Shown piece after piece: positions 49,464 to 59,724 of a stretch of DNA of 64,000 nucleotides (its first letter is position 1; each line of letters opens with the position of its first letter). The position numbers were made by a program, and so were the translations under genes. This DNA comes from an uncultured bacterium (GTDB taxonomy: Bacteria > Patescibacteriota > JABMPQ01 > CAVVCK01): positions 339,050 through 403,049 of the forward strand of contig CAVVCK010000001.1 of NCBI GenBank assembly GCA_963746775.1. Reading direction: 5' to 3'. The notes beneath the pieces were generated by a model that did not search any database, was not told the origin of the DNA, and saw only the letters and a program-made list of their open reading frames with translations.

Positions 49464-50783
49464 TTGAAAACCATTACCGAAAAACTAAAAAAAAATCAAG
49501 GATGGATCCTTGTTATTCTACTCTCTATCATCCCCTTCCTGCTTTGGCTCACTACTTCTAAGCTTGATCCTCCCCTAGAAAATATTAAAACCCTTAGCGC
49601 TAGTTTAGGTGAAATATTAGGACTAACAGGTATTGTTTTGTTGTCACTAAATTTTATACTTGCTTCCCGCCTGCCTTTCATCGAAAAATTATTTTACGGA
49701 CTCAATAATGTTTACAAACAACATAACACAATAGGCCAACTGGCTTTTATTTTTTTACTTTTTCATCCTCTGCTGCTTATCGCCCGCTACGCAACTAATT
49801 CTACTGAGGCAGCTAAATTTTTATTGCCAAGCCAAATTTGGTCACGCGATTATGGCAATATTGCTCTTGGTGTAATGATTATATTAATTATTCTAACTCT
49901 TTACCTACAACCAAAATACAATATCTGGAAAATAACTCATAAATTTTTTGGTCTAGCTATTTTATTCGGTTCTCTCCATGCCTATTCAATTCCCGGATAT
50001 GTTATGAAAAATTTCTTTCTTAAAGGTTACATTATAATTATTACCCTGTTAGGAATTACCGCTTTCCTATATAAAGTTATTTTTGAAAAATTTTTATTAA
50101 AAAAATATAAATACCAAGTAGAAGAAATAAAAAAACTTAATGACTTCATCATTGAAATTACTCTCAAGCCTCTAGATAAAAAAATTAATTTTAGGCCCGG
50201 TCAATTTGTTTTTATTTCTTTTAATCAGAGAGGATTATCCAAAGAAAGTCATCCCTTTTCTATCACTTCTGCACCTTGGGAAAACAATTTGAAATTAGCT
50301 ACCAAAAAGCTTGGCGATTATACTAGCAATCTGCCTTATGATTTAGAGAAAGGCGCTCTCGCTCAAATAGAAGGACCTTTTGGAGTTTTTTCCTATACTA
50401 ATATCAATAATCAAAATCAAATTTGGATTGCCGGAGGTATTGGCATTACTCCTTTTATTAGCATGGCCAAGGATTTGCTAAATCAAAATTATCCTTATCA
50501 TATTCAATTATTTTATTGTACAAAGGATGAAAAAGAAGCTATCTATTTAGATTTTTTAAAGGAAATTCAGGCTAAATTTAGTAATAATTTTCAAGTTATT
50601 CCTTTTTTATCAAATACTAATGGCCATATTAATTTTGAAAAAATTAATAATTTAGTTACCAATCTACGTAGTAAAGATATATTAATTTGCGCCCCGCCAG
50701 TTATGATAAATGCCCTAAAAAATGATTTTATAAATCATGGATTAAATAAGGATAAGATGCATTCAGAAGAGTTTAATTTCTAA
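49464..50783 (+). CDS. Ferric reductase-like transmembrane FAD/NAD oxidoreductase
   Basis: His-bearing TMs, PGQF, HPFSI, EGPFG, AGGIGITPF, EEFNF. Confidence 0.9.
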   Translation: MKTITEKLKKNQGWILVILLSIIPFLLWLTTSKLDPPLENIKTLSASLGEILGLTGIVLLSLNFILASRLPFIEKLFYGLNNVYKQHNTIGQLAFIFLLFHPLLLIARYATNSTEAAKFLLPSQIWSRDYGNIALGVMIILIILTLYLQPKYNIWKITHKFFGLAILFGSLHAYSIPGYVMKNFFLKGYIIIITLLGITAFLYKVIFEKFLLKKYKYQVEEIKKLNDFIIEITLKPLDKKINFRPGQFVFISFNQRGLSKESHPFSITSAPWENNLKLATKKLGDYTSNLPYDLEKGALAQIEGPFGVFSYTNINNQNQIWIAGGIGITPFISMAKDLLNQNYPYHIQLFYCTKDEKEAIYLDFLKEIQAKFSNNFQVIPFLSNTNGHINFEKINNLVTNLRSKDILICAPPVMINALKNDFINHGLNKDKMHSEEFNF

Positions 50784-50789
50784 AAAACT

Positions 50790-51209
50790 ATGAAAAAAGT
50801 AACACTAATACTATTAATGATTTTCTTCGCCGTAAGCGGTTTAATATTTATTTTGGGATCTCTGAACCGTCAAAATAATTCTAATACTGCTCTTAACCAA
50901 AACACGATTATTAATACTAATAGCTCATCTCAAACTAACACTTCTCCTACCACAAATACCCCCACCACAAATTCAACACCAACTTTTACGCTAGCTGATA
51001 TTTCAAGCCATAACATTAGAAGTAATTGTTACCTGGCTATCAATAACAATGTCTATGATGTTTCTTCTTACATTAGCTTTCATCCTGGCGGATCAAGTTC
51101 TATTACTTCAAATTGTGGAAAAGAAGTAACCGGAATATTCAGCAGAATTCATTCTAATAGAGCTTGGGATTTGCTGGCTAAATATAAAATAGGAGTTCTT
51201 AGTAATTAA
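50790..51209 (+). CDS. Membrane-anchored cytochrome b5-like heme protein
   Basis: HN...CYL.I...VYDV, HPGG, CGK, H ligand. Confidence 0.88.
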   Translation: MKKVTLILLMIFFAVSGLIFILGSLNRQNNSNTALNQNTIINTNSSSQTNTSPTTNTPTTNSTPTFTLADISSHNIRSNCYLAINNNVYDVSSYISFHPGGSSSITSNCGKEVTGIFSRIHSNRAWDLLAKYKIGVLSN

Positions 51210-51321
51210 TGCCAGGAATTTTCCTTGATAAATAAAATAAATCTATAAAAAGGTTTATTTTTTTTAATTTAATTGCAATATTCCCTATTTAACTTAAAAT
51301 AATAAATAACATCATAAAAAT

Positions 51322-51846
51322 ATGAGAATGTTAAAATTTCCTTTATTTCGTCAAACAAAAAGCTACGACTGTGGTGCTATTACCACTCAAATGGTTTTGG
51401 CTTATTTTGGTATAAATATCAGGGGTGATATTATTATTAAAGAAGTTAAAACCAATAAATCGGGTACTAAAATTGAAAATATTATAAAAGTATTAAAAAA
51501 GTATAAATTAAAATATAAAGCAGGCCAATCAGACATCAAAAATCTAAAAAAATTTCTTAAAGAAAATAAGCCAATTATTATTCCCCTGCAAGCCTGGACA
51601 AACAAAAAGGAAATTAATTGGCAGAATGATTGGTCAGACGGACACTATGTTGTCGCTATAGGCTATGATAAAAATAAAATTTACTTTGCTGATCCTTCTT
51701 CTATTTATAAAACCTATTTAACTTATACTGATCTAGAAAAAAGATGGCATGATATAAGCGTAGATGGTAAAAAATATATTCATTTTGGAATTGCTGTTTC
51801 AGGCAAAAGAAAATATACTCGTCATAAAATAATACATATTGATTAA
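51322..51846 (+). CDS. C39-family cysteine peptidase
   Basis: Q....DCG, HYVV, ADP triad residues. Confidence 0.85.
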   Translation: MRMLKFPLFRQTKSYDCGAITTQMVLAYFGINIRGDIIIKEVKTNKSGTKIENIIKVLKKYKLKYKAGQSDIKNLKKFLKENKPIIIPLQAWTNKKEINWQNDWSDGHYVVAIGYDKNKIYFADPSSIYKTYLTYTDLEKRWHDISVDGKKYIHFGIAVSGKRKYTRHKIIHID

Positions 51847-51947
51847 TATGCATAGTTTAATTTTAATATTTGTTGGTGAAGTAAATAAAGTAGGTTGGGT
51901 TGAGTATTCGAAACCCAACCATTAAAATATATTAATAAAAAATAATT

Positions 51948-52310
51948 ATGCCAGAAACACCACCAGAAAATAGACCAAATGAACAAATTGAAAAATCAAA
52001 AGAAATAAATCTTGCAGAATTAAGTTTTGAGGAATTAGAGAAATTACTTAAAGAAACTAAAGAATTAGCTAGAAAAACATTTAAACAAGTAGAAAATGGA
52101 TTTGTTAACGCTAAAGGAGAGGGTATTTATATTGGTAAAGTATATGATCAATATAAAATAAGTGAAGCCTCTAAATCAATACCTGAATTTCATCGTTTTC
52201 TAGAAAATAATACTAATCCAATCTTAACCAGAGGTTCTTCTAATAAAGAAGAAATGATGCAAGCATTAAAAGAAATGATTGAGGAGTTAGAATTTAGAAT
52301 AATTAAATAA
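51948..52310 (+). CDS. Hypothetical protein
   Basis: 120-aa ORF co-oriented with neighbours. Confidence 0.65.
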   Translation: MPETPPENRPNEQIEKSKEINLAELSFEELEKLLKETKELARKTFKQVENGFVNAKGEGIYIGKVYDQYKISEASKSIPEFHRFLENNTNPILTRGSSNKEEMMQALKEMIEELEFRIIK

Positions 52311-52320
52311 ATATTCTTTA

Positions 52321-53040
52321 ATGAACATTACCCCCATCAAAACCCGCAAAATAAATCCTCCTCAAGATGATTTATATAAAATATTAGACAAATATTGCCC
52401 TAAATTAGAAGAGGGCGATATTCTTTTAATTACTTCGAAAATTTTAGCTATACATCAAGGTCAATGCTTTCCTATGAAAGAGGTAAAAGATAAAGATAAG
52501 TTAATTAAATCTGAAGCAGACATTTCTATTCCCCGTAAAGAATGCCCAGGAGAATATGCTATGTTAACTATTAAAAATAACACCCTTATCCCCTCGGCCG
52601 GCATTGATGAAAGCAATGCTAATGGCTATTATATTCTATGGCCCAAAAGTCCCGAAAAAGAAGCTAAATTAATTTGCCAATATTTAAAAAAGAAATTTAA
52701 AATTAAAAAATTAGCAGTTATAATTACTGACAGTCATACTACTCCACTGCGTTCAGGAACACAGGGTATTTCCATCGGTTTTTATGGCCTGAAACCATTG
52801 CGAGACTACAGAGGCAAATTAGATTTATTCGGTAGAAAATTAGAAGTATCTCAAATAAATATTGTCGACTCGCTAGCTTCTATAGGAACTCTAGCTATGG
52901 GTGAAGGGAAAGAATGTACACCCCTAGCTCTAGTTAGAGAAGCTAGAGTTCAATTTACCAATAAAGAAACTTTTAAAGATCTATTTATTCCTTTTAAAGA
53001 AGATATTTATTACCCTTTATTAAAATATTTTAAACAATAA
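52321..53040 (+). CDS. Coenzyme F420-0:glutamate ligase (CofE)-like protein
   Basis: ITSKI, AGIDESN, IITDS, PLR.G, DYRG..DLFGR, MGEG.E.TP. Confidence 0.85.
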   Translation: MNITPIKTRKINPPQDDLYKILDKYCPKLEEGDILLITSKILAIHQGQCFPMKEVKDKDKLIKSEADISIPRKECPGEYAMLTIKNNTLIPSAGIDESNANGYYILWPKSPEKEAKLICQYLKKKFKIKKLAVIITDSHTTPLRSGTQGISIGFYGLKPLRDYRGKLDLFGRKLEVSQINIVDSLASIGTLAMGEGKECTPLALVREARVQFTNKETFKDLFIPFKEDIYYPLLKYFKQ

Positions 53041-53125
53041 TTCTTTTATATAAATGACAGGTATGCTTGTCATCTATAAAAATATTTAAGAAGATTTGGA
53101 TTAAATTTAAAAAATAGTCAAAACT

Positions 53126-54568
53126 ATGCCTATAAAAAAAACCTCCACCATCCATGACCTTATCCATAATCAAGACATGCATTATTTTGAATCTAAAAGA
53201 AAAAATCGCAGCCGCTATACTGTGCTTGGCAATCCTAAAAAAATTAGAAGAATTTTGATCCATAAAGCAAGATTCGTTATCACTGTTAATAAAGATGATC
53301 GTTTGAAAATTTTGCCAGATTACTCTATTTATATCATCAACGGCCGCATTAAAGAAGTTTTTCCTGGAGATAAGAGTAAAATTTCCATTAATGACATAGA
53401 TTTAATTTATGATGCTTCTAAGAGAGGCGGTATAGTTATTACTCCTGGCTTTATTAATGCCCATACCCATCCGCCTATGTATATGCTCCGCTCTTCTATG
53501 ACTCTTGATAAAGGATCTATAGAGAAGCAAGTAGAAAAAATGGCTAGATTGGAAAATAAGATGAATGACGATGATTTTTTTCTTGGTGCAGTTGGTGATC
53601 TAACCGAAGAACAAAAAAACGGCATTACCACTACCCTAAGCCATTACGGAACATTTGAACCCGTTGAAAAAGCAGCCAAACTTATTAAACAAAACGTAAT
53701 TAATGCTATTTCAGCTGTATCAAATTCTCATCCTCAAAATTCACCAGAAATGGTAGAAAAAATATTAAATAATAAAAAGAAATATTATACAACCCCGGCT
53801 ATCGCTATCCACTATTTGCATAAAGCTGATAGAAATCAAATAGAAAAAATAAAGAAATTAATTAAAAAACACAATGTGCTTTTCACTATGCATGCAGCTG
53901 AGAGTGAAAAATGGGCGCAAGAGTGCGTTAAAAAGTTTGGCAAAAGAACAGTCGAGGCAGCCGTTGACTTAGGCATTGCTAACTCTAATTTATTATTATC
54001 ACATTGCGTTCACTTCAGTGAAGAAGAAATAAAATTAGTTAGAAAACATAAAATTGGCATAGTACATCTCCCTACCTCCAATAGAATTCATAATACCGGG
54101 GATTTTAAATATCCTGAATTTGCTGCTATCGGTGCTAATAAACAAATTTGCCTGGGAACTGATAGTGTTATCTCTAAAAATAGTCTAGATCTATTAACCG
54201 AAGCTCTACAAACTAGAATTGTCCACATAAATAAAATGAGAGTTCTGTACGAAGACCTATTTAAAATGATGACTTCCCAGGCAGCTCATATTTTAAAGTT
54301 GGGTCGGGTGGGTAAAATTATGGCTAATCATCGAGCAGATTTGTCTTTCTGGAAATTAAAAGATAGAGGTTTTCTCCCTTATAATGAGAAAGAACCCTTG
54401 AGTTTGGTTGGCAATATGATAACCCATGGCGGACGCAATATTAGAGACCTAATGATTAACGGCGAGTTCGTTATTTCTAATAGAATGCATAATTTAATTA
54501 ATGAAAGTGAACTTTTAATTAAACTTCAGGAATCTCATATGAAATTAAGGAAAAGAGCTAGAATATAG
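53126..54568 (+). CDS. Amidohydrolase (purine-nucleoside deaminase-like)
   Basis: PGFINAHTH, MHAAES, SHCVH, LGTD. Confidence 0.85.
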   Translation: MPIKKTSTIHDLIHNQDMHYFESKRKNRSRYTVLGNPKKIRRILIHKARFVITVNKDDRLKILPDYSIYIINGRIKEVFPGDKSKISINDIDLIYDASKRGGIVITPGFINAHTHPPMYMLRSSMTLDKGSIEKQVEKMARLENKMNDDDFFLGAVGDLTEEQKNGITTTLSHYGTFEPVEKAAKLIKQNVINAISAVSNSHPQNSPEMVEKILNNKKKYYTTPAIAIHYLHKADRNQIEKIKKLIKKHNVLFTMHAAESEKWAQECVKKFGKRTVEAAVDLGIANSNLLLSHCVHFSEEEIKLVRKHKIGIVHLPTSNRIHNTGDFKYPEFAAIGANKQICLGTDSVISKNSLDLLTEALQTRIVHINKMRVLYEDLFKMMTSQAAHILKLGRVGKIMANHRADLSFWKLKDRGFLPYNEKEPLSLVGNMITHGGRNIRDLMINGEFVISNRMHNLINESELLIKLQESHMKLRKRARI

Positions 54569-54693
54569 AAAATAGAGATTAGAAATTAGTTATCAAATTT
54601 CCATACACCAATTATAAAAAGGAATCCGAAACCCTATAGGGTTTCGGATTCCTGCATCAAATTTCTTTAGTTTTCAACAATTTAACAATTTAT

Positions 54694-55764
54694 TCAATAA
54701 TTCGGCGCCTTCTCTACCCTCCCTAAATCATGCGGATGACTCTCTTTCAATCCCGCATTAGTAATTTTTACAAACACCGCTTTCCTCCATAAATCTTTAA
54801 TATCTCTAGCCCCACAATAACCTAAGCCCTGTTTTAATCCACCTACTAATTGTTTTATAATTTCTATTACACTGCCTTTATATTCATTATAGCCTACTAC
54901 CCCTTCAGCAGTCATATCTCTTTTATTCTTCTTATCACTTTGCATGTATCTATCACTGGACCCTTTTTGCATAGCCTCTATTGATCCCATACCTCTATAT
55001 ATTTTATATTTTTTTCCTTTGTAAAGTAAAATTTTACCTGGTGCCTCATCTGTTCCAGATAAAAGTCCACCAAGCATTACGCAACTTGCCCCAGCCGCCA
55101 AAGCTTTTACTATATCACCAGAATATTTAATCCCTCCATCAGCAATGATAGGAGTTTTTGTTTTTTGGGCTACTTTAACTGCTTCCATGACTGCAGTTAA
55201 TTGAGGTACGCCAATACCAGCAATAATTCTGGTCGTACAAATGGAGCCAGGCCCTACTCCTACTTTAACAATGTCTGCGCCAGCTTTAACTAAATCATTA
55301 GTTGCCTTGCCTGTAGCTACATTTCCTCCAACTATTAAGACTTTTGATCCATATTTTTTCTTCAGTTTTTTTATAATTTCCTGTACTTTATAATAATGGC
55401 CATGAGCTACGTCTATAATTAATAAATCCACACCTGCCTCAACTAATAAATCTGCTCTCTCTAATGAATCTTTGCCTACCGATATAGCTGCTCCACATTT
55501 TAAATTTTCTGATTTTACTTTTTTTACTTCTTCCGCTTGCTTTTCCGGTGGTAAATTTTTATGTATTACGCCTAGTGCTCCCATTTTTCCCAATTCGATG
55601 GCCATTTTACTTTCAGTTACAGTGTCCATAGCAGCTGACAAGATTGGCACTTCTAATTCTAAATTTTTACCTAATCTTGTTTTTGTACTTACCTTGCTGG
55701 GTGAATATTTTGATGCTTGAGGTACTAATAATACATCGTCGAAGGTTAGAGCTTCTTTTATCAT
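54694..55764 (-). CDS. guaB: IMP dehydrogenase (CBS-less)
   Basis: [34 protein letters not shown]. Confidence 0.93.
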   Translation of the reverse strand: MIKEALTFDDVLLVPQASKYSPSKVSTKTRLGKNLELEVPILSAAMDTVTESKMAIELGKMGALGVIHKNLPPEKQAEEVKKVKSENLKCGAAISVGKDSLERADLLVEAGVDLLIIDVAHGHYYKVQEIIKKLKKKYGSKVLIVGGNVATGKATNDLVKAGADIVKVGVGPGSICTTRIIAGIGVPQLTAVMEAVKVAQKTKTPIIADGGIKYSGDIVKALAAGASCVMLGGLLSGTDEAPGKILLYKGKKYKIYRGMGSIEAMQKGSSDRYMQSDKKNKRDMTAEGVVGYNEYKGSVIEIIKQLVGGLKQGLGYCGARDIKDLWRKAVFVKITNAGLKESHPHDLGRVEKAPNY

Positions 55765-55941
55765 ATTGTTTTATTTAAATATTTTTACTGTTTGTATAAT
55801 GCTAATATACTAATCTATACCAATAATACTAATTGACAGTAGGACAATTCGTATCATTGTAAACATTCGTATATTGGCATTATTGATCTTTATTTTACCT
55901 AAAAACTCAGCTATAATCAATATACTATTTTTTAAAAATTT

Positions 55942-57741
55942 ATGACCAATCAAATAGCCATTCTAGACTTCGGCTCTCAATATACCCATCTTATTACCCG
56001 TCGAATAAGGGAACTAGGAGTTTTTTCGAAAATTTTCCTACCCAATATTAAATTATCTGATTTAAAAGACGTAAAAGGAATTATTTTGTCTGGAGGACCA
56101 CAAAGTATAGGAAACCAAAAAATTAAATTCAACGGAGATATATTTAATTTAAATATCCCTATTCTGGGACTTTGCTATGGCCACCAATTAATCGCCCATC
56201 ATTTTGGAGGAAAAGTAAAAAGTGGCCAGACAAAAGAATATGGCCTCGCTCAAATTAATATTTCAAAAGATAATGGATTATTTAAAAATCTAAAAAAAAG
56301 TGAGCAAGTCTGGATGAGCCATGGTGATTCTGTTATAAAATTACCCAAAAATTTTCAAGCAACCTCCAAAACTTCTAACTGCCCTATTGCCTCTATAGCT
56401 AACATTGAAAAAAATATTTATGGTTTGCAATTTCATCCTGAAGTAACTCATACTGTAAATGGATTAAAAATTATAGAAAATTTTGTCTTTAATATTTGTA
56501 AGTGCCAAAAAAATTGGTCTACGAATCAATATTGGATTGAGCTAGAAAAAAATATTAAAAAGCAAGTCGGAAACAAAAATGTATTTTTGTTAGTCTCTGG
56601 CGGAGTAGACTCAACAGTTTGTTTTGCTCTTTTAGAAAAAGTATTAGGTAAAAAAAGAGTTTTTGGTCTTCATATAGATAATGGATTTTTAAGACACCGA
56701 GAATCTAAATGGGTTAAAAAAAGCCTATCTAGAGCCGGCTTTAGCGATTTAACCGTAATCGATGCCTCCAGGGAATTTCTTAAAAACACTGCCAAGATAA
56801 CTGATCCAGAAAAAAAGCGAGCCATAATCGGTAAAACATTTTTATATATCAAAGATAAGATAATGAAAGGAAATAAAATGAAACAAGATGATTGGATACT
56901 CGCTCAAGGCACTATTTATCCAGATACCATAGAGAGCGGATCAACTAAGCATGCCGATAAAATTAAAACTCATCACAATAGAGTTAAGGAAATTTTAAAA
57001 TTAATGAAGGCTAGAAAATTAATAGAACCTTTATCAGAATTATATAAAGATGAAGTAAGAGATTTAGGGAAAAAATTAAAATTACCCAAAAAATTATTAG
57101 CAAGACATCCTTTCCCTGGCCCAGGACTTGGCATTAGAACGCTCTGTAGTAATGGTAGAAATACGATTAAAAATAAATCCAATCTTGATAAAAAATTAAA
57201 GAAATTTGTTGGATCTAAAATAAATATTACTGCCCTCCCCATAAAAAGCGTAGGCGTACAAGGAGATAATCGTACTTACAATCATCCTACTTTAATTTCT
57301 GGAAACTTGAATTGGAAAAAGCTATCAGAACTTTCTCCTAAAATAACTAATAAATTCAAAGAAATTAATAGGGTCGTTTATTTAATAGCACCTAGCAAAA
57401 TAAACTTTAAAAAAATAAGGATAAAAGAAGCATATTTAACTGAAAAACGCTTAAATTTGCTAAGAAAAGTAGATAAGATTATTATGGATGAAACTAAAAA
57501 ATATAAAATATATAAAGATATATGGCAATTTCCAGTAGTGCTTGCTCCTCTTTCTATTAATTCCGGCGAAACTATAATCTTGCGACCCATACAATCCAAA
57601 GAAGCCATGACTATTAATTTTTACCAAATGAATAAGAAAATTTTAAATTCTATAGCTTCTAAAATTATGAAAATTCCTGGAATTGATATGGCTTTATACG
57701 ATATCACTAATAAACCACCGGGTACTATTGAGTGGGAATAA
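55942..57741 (+). CDS. guaA: GMP synthase (glutamine-hydrolysing)
   Basis: LDFGSQY, LCYG, QFHPE, SGGVDS, KTHHN, KPPGTIEWE. Confidence 0.97.
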   Translation: MTNQIAILDFGSQYTHLITRRIRELGVFSKIFLPNIKLSDLKDVKGIILSGGPQSIGNQKIKFNGDIFNLNIPILGLCYGHQLIAHHFGGKVKSGQTKEYGLAQINISKDNGLFKNLKKSEQVWMSHGDSVIKLPKNFQATSKTSNCPIASIANIEKNIYGLQFHPEVTHTVNGLKIIENFVFNICKCQKNWSTNQYWIELEKNIKKQVGNKNVFLLVSGGVDSTVCFALLEKVLGKKRVFGLHIDNGFLRHRESKWVKKSLSRAGFSDLTVIDASREFLKNTAKITDPEKKRAIIGKTFLYIKDKIMKGNKMKQDDWILAQGTIYPDTIESGSTKHADKIKTHHNRVKEILKLMKARKLIEPLSELYKDEVRDLGKKLKLPKKLLARHPFPGPGLGIRTLCSNGRNTIKNKSNLDKKLKKFVGSKINITALPIKSVGVQGDNRTYNHPTLISGNLNWKKLSELSPKITNKFKEINRVVYLIAPSKINFKKIRIKEAYLTEKRLNLLRKVDKIIMDETKKYKIYKDIWQFPVVLAPLSINSGETIILRPIQSKEAMTINFYQMNKKILNSIASKIMKIPGIDMALYDITNKPPGTIEWE

Positions 57742-57745
57742 TTTT

Positions 57746-58660
57746 ATGACTAAAAACAAAGAAAAAACAGGAACAATTTTAATAATTTTAAGCACAGCTA
57801 TTTGGGGTATGTTTCCAGTACTCACAAATTATGGTACAAAAAATATTTCTCCCCTAACTTTTGCTGCTCTAACTACTTTAGTATCTAGTATTGCTACTTT
57901 TCTCTACATGATTTCAGAGAAAAAGTTCTACCAGCTAAAGGAAAGAAAAACACATTTCCCTCTTTTAATGATCACCATTTGCATCGTAATAATTCCCTAT
58001 ACTCTTTTGTTTATAGGTTCAAGTATGACTTCCGGTATAAATACTTCACTTTTGCTTTTGTCTGAAGTCGTTTTTACTCTTATTTTCACCCCTTTCATAG
58101 GCGAGAGAACTACTGGCTACAAATTATTAGGCGCAGGAGGAATATTCTTTGGTGCTTTATTTATACTTTATAATGGAACACTGGCTATAAATACTGGCGA
58201 CTTGCTTATTATTCTAAGCACTTTAACCTATCCTATTGGTAATTTTTATGCTAAAAAAGCACTAAATACTCTATCACCTTCTGTAATATTATTTGTTCGT
58301 TTTCTTTTTGGTGGATTATTTATATTATTTTTATCAATTATATTTGAAAAAGACGCCAATATAATTCATATTTTTATTAATTTCTGGCCCATAATCATTA
58401 TAACTGGATTTCTTGTCTTAGGTTTAAATAAAATAATCTGGTATGAAGGTCTAAAAAGAATAGATATTTCTAAATCAATATCCCTAGGAGCTACCTCACC
58501 TATATTTAGTTTAATAGTCTTAATATTATTTTTCGGAGAAAAAATATCTATATATCAAACTATAGGCATATTCATTATGGCTATCGGAGTCTATTTTTCT
58601 ATAAAGAGAAAATCAGTAGACAAGAAAATAACTAAATATGCCCAAAGTATTGATAATTAA
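57746..58660 (+). CDS. EamA/DMT transporter
   Basis: About ten TMs in two repeats; start placed at ATG 57746. Confidence 0.88.
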   Translation: MTKNKEKTGTILIILSTAIWGMFPVLTNYGTKNISPLTFAALTTLVSSIATFLYMISEKKFYQLKERKTHFPLLMITICIVIIPYTLLFIGSSMTSGINTSLLLLSEVVFTLIFTPFIGERTTGYKLLGAGGIFFGALFILYNGTLAINTGDLLIILSTLTYPIGNFYAKKALNTLSPSVILFVRFLFGGLFILFLSIIFEKDANIIHIFINFWPIIIITGFLVLGLNKIIWYEGLKRIDISKSISLGATSPIFSLIVLILFFGEKISIYQTIGIFIMAIGVYFSIKRKSVDKKITKYAQSIDN

Positions 58661-58729
58661 ACTTATTAATAATATAATTAAGTCTCTCCTAAAGAATAGT
58701 TATTTAAAAATTTAATATTTTCTTGGCAA

Positions 58730-59038
58730 ATGAAAGTTTTGGACAATAGAGGTGAAAAACTTCCGTATGCTAAGAAACATTTTAAACTTAAAAAGACCGC
58801 ATTAATATGGAACTATGCGGTCTTTTTTGGTTTGAGGAAACGGAGGAAGAAAGATGGCTCTTTGGTCAAAGTTATGGTCGTACCTGTATTCTCTAGAAAT
58901 AAGAGCTCAAATAAAATACTGGAAAAGACTTGGCGAAGAGCTCAAAAAATAGGTTATGATGATGTTAATATTCATAACCTAAATAGGCTTCATAGAGGAA
59001 TAATCAGGCACATCCAAATAAAAATCGCTTCTGGGTAG
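58730..59038 (+). CDS. Basic hypothetical protein (uncertain)
   Basis: 102-aa ORF, but it contains an internal terminator-like hairpin. Confidence 0.4.
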   Translation: MKVLDNRGEKLPYAKKHFKLKKTALIWNYAVFFGLRKRRKKDGSLVKVMVVPVFSRNKSSNKILEKTWRRAQKIGYDDVNIHNLNRLHRGIIRHIQIKIASG

Positions 59039-59159
59039 CAATCTTATCCGGAATCAGCTGGATAATCATCTTCCTTTCCACCCACGTTTATTAGTTCCAA
59101 CTAAAAAGGAACACAAATTTCTCGCCCGTGTTCCCTAAAATTTTGTCTAAAATTATTTT

Positions 59160-59579
59160 TTAATCAAATAACTTTTTATATTCCCCATACCCTTCTTTTT
59201 CTAAATCCTCTTTGGAAATAAATCTCAATGAAGCAGAATTAATACAGTATCTCGGCTGTCCTTTCGGCCCATCATCAAAGACATGGCCCAAATGTGATCC
59301 TGATTTTTTTGTTTTAACTTCTACTCTTTTCATGCCCAAACTGCTATCTTCTTTTTCCACTACGCTTTCTTTATTGATAGGTTTAGTAAAAGAAGGCCAG
59401 CCTGTACCGGAATCAAATTTGTGGTGAGAACTAAAGAGTGGCTCGCCGGAGACAACATCAACATATATTCCCTTTTTTTTATTATCCCAATATTCATTAT
59501 TAAAAGCAGGTTCAGTCCCACATTGCTGGGTTACTTTATATTGTATCGGTGTTAATTTTTTCTTTAAATCTTTTTTCAT
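59160..59579 (-). CDS. msrB: Peptide methionine sulfoxide reductase MsrB
   Basis: [29 protein letters not shown]. Confidence 0.96.
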   Translation of the reverse strand: MKKDLKKKLTPIQYKVTQQCGTEPAFNNEYWDNKKKGIYVDVVSGEPLFSSHHKFDSGTGWPSFTKPINKESVVEKEDSSLGMKRVEVKTKKSGSHLGHVFDDGPKGQPRYCINSASLRFISKEDLEKEGYGEYKKLFD

Positions 59580-59625
59580 ATGGTTAAAAATTATTTATTT
59601 ATATTTTTATTATAGCATAATTCAA

Positions 59626-59722
59626 GTAGGTTGGGTTGAGTACTCGAAACCCAACAAAAAAGGCAGGATACGATCCTGCCCTACAATATTGTTGTACATA
59701 CAGGTTTCAAACCTGTATTTCT
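59626..59722. repeat. Cluster of three different REP families (B, C, A)
   Basis: Adjacent copies at 59626-59655, 59662-59684 and 59694-59722. Confidence 0.85.
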
Positions 59723-59724
59723 AA

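Noticed and set aside
55765-55941. Purine riboswitch between guaB and guaA
   Set aside because: No aptamer consensus is visible; the gap holds an AT-rich repeat hairpin.
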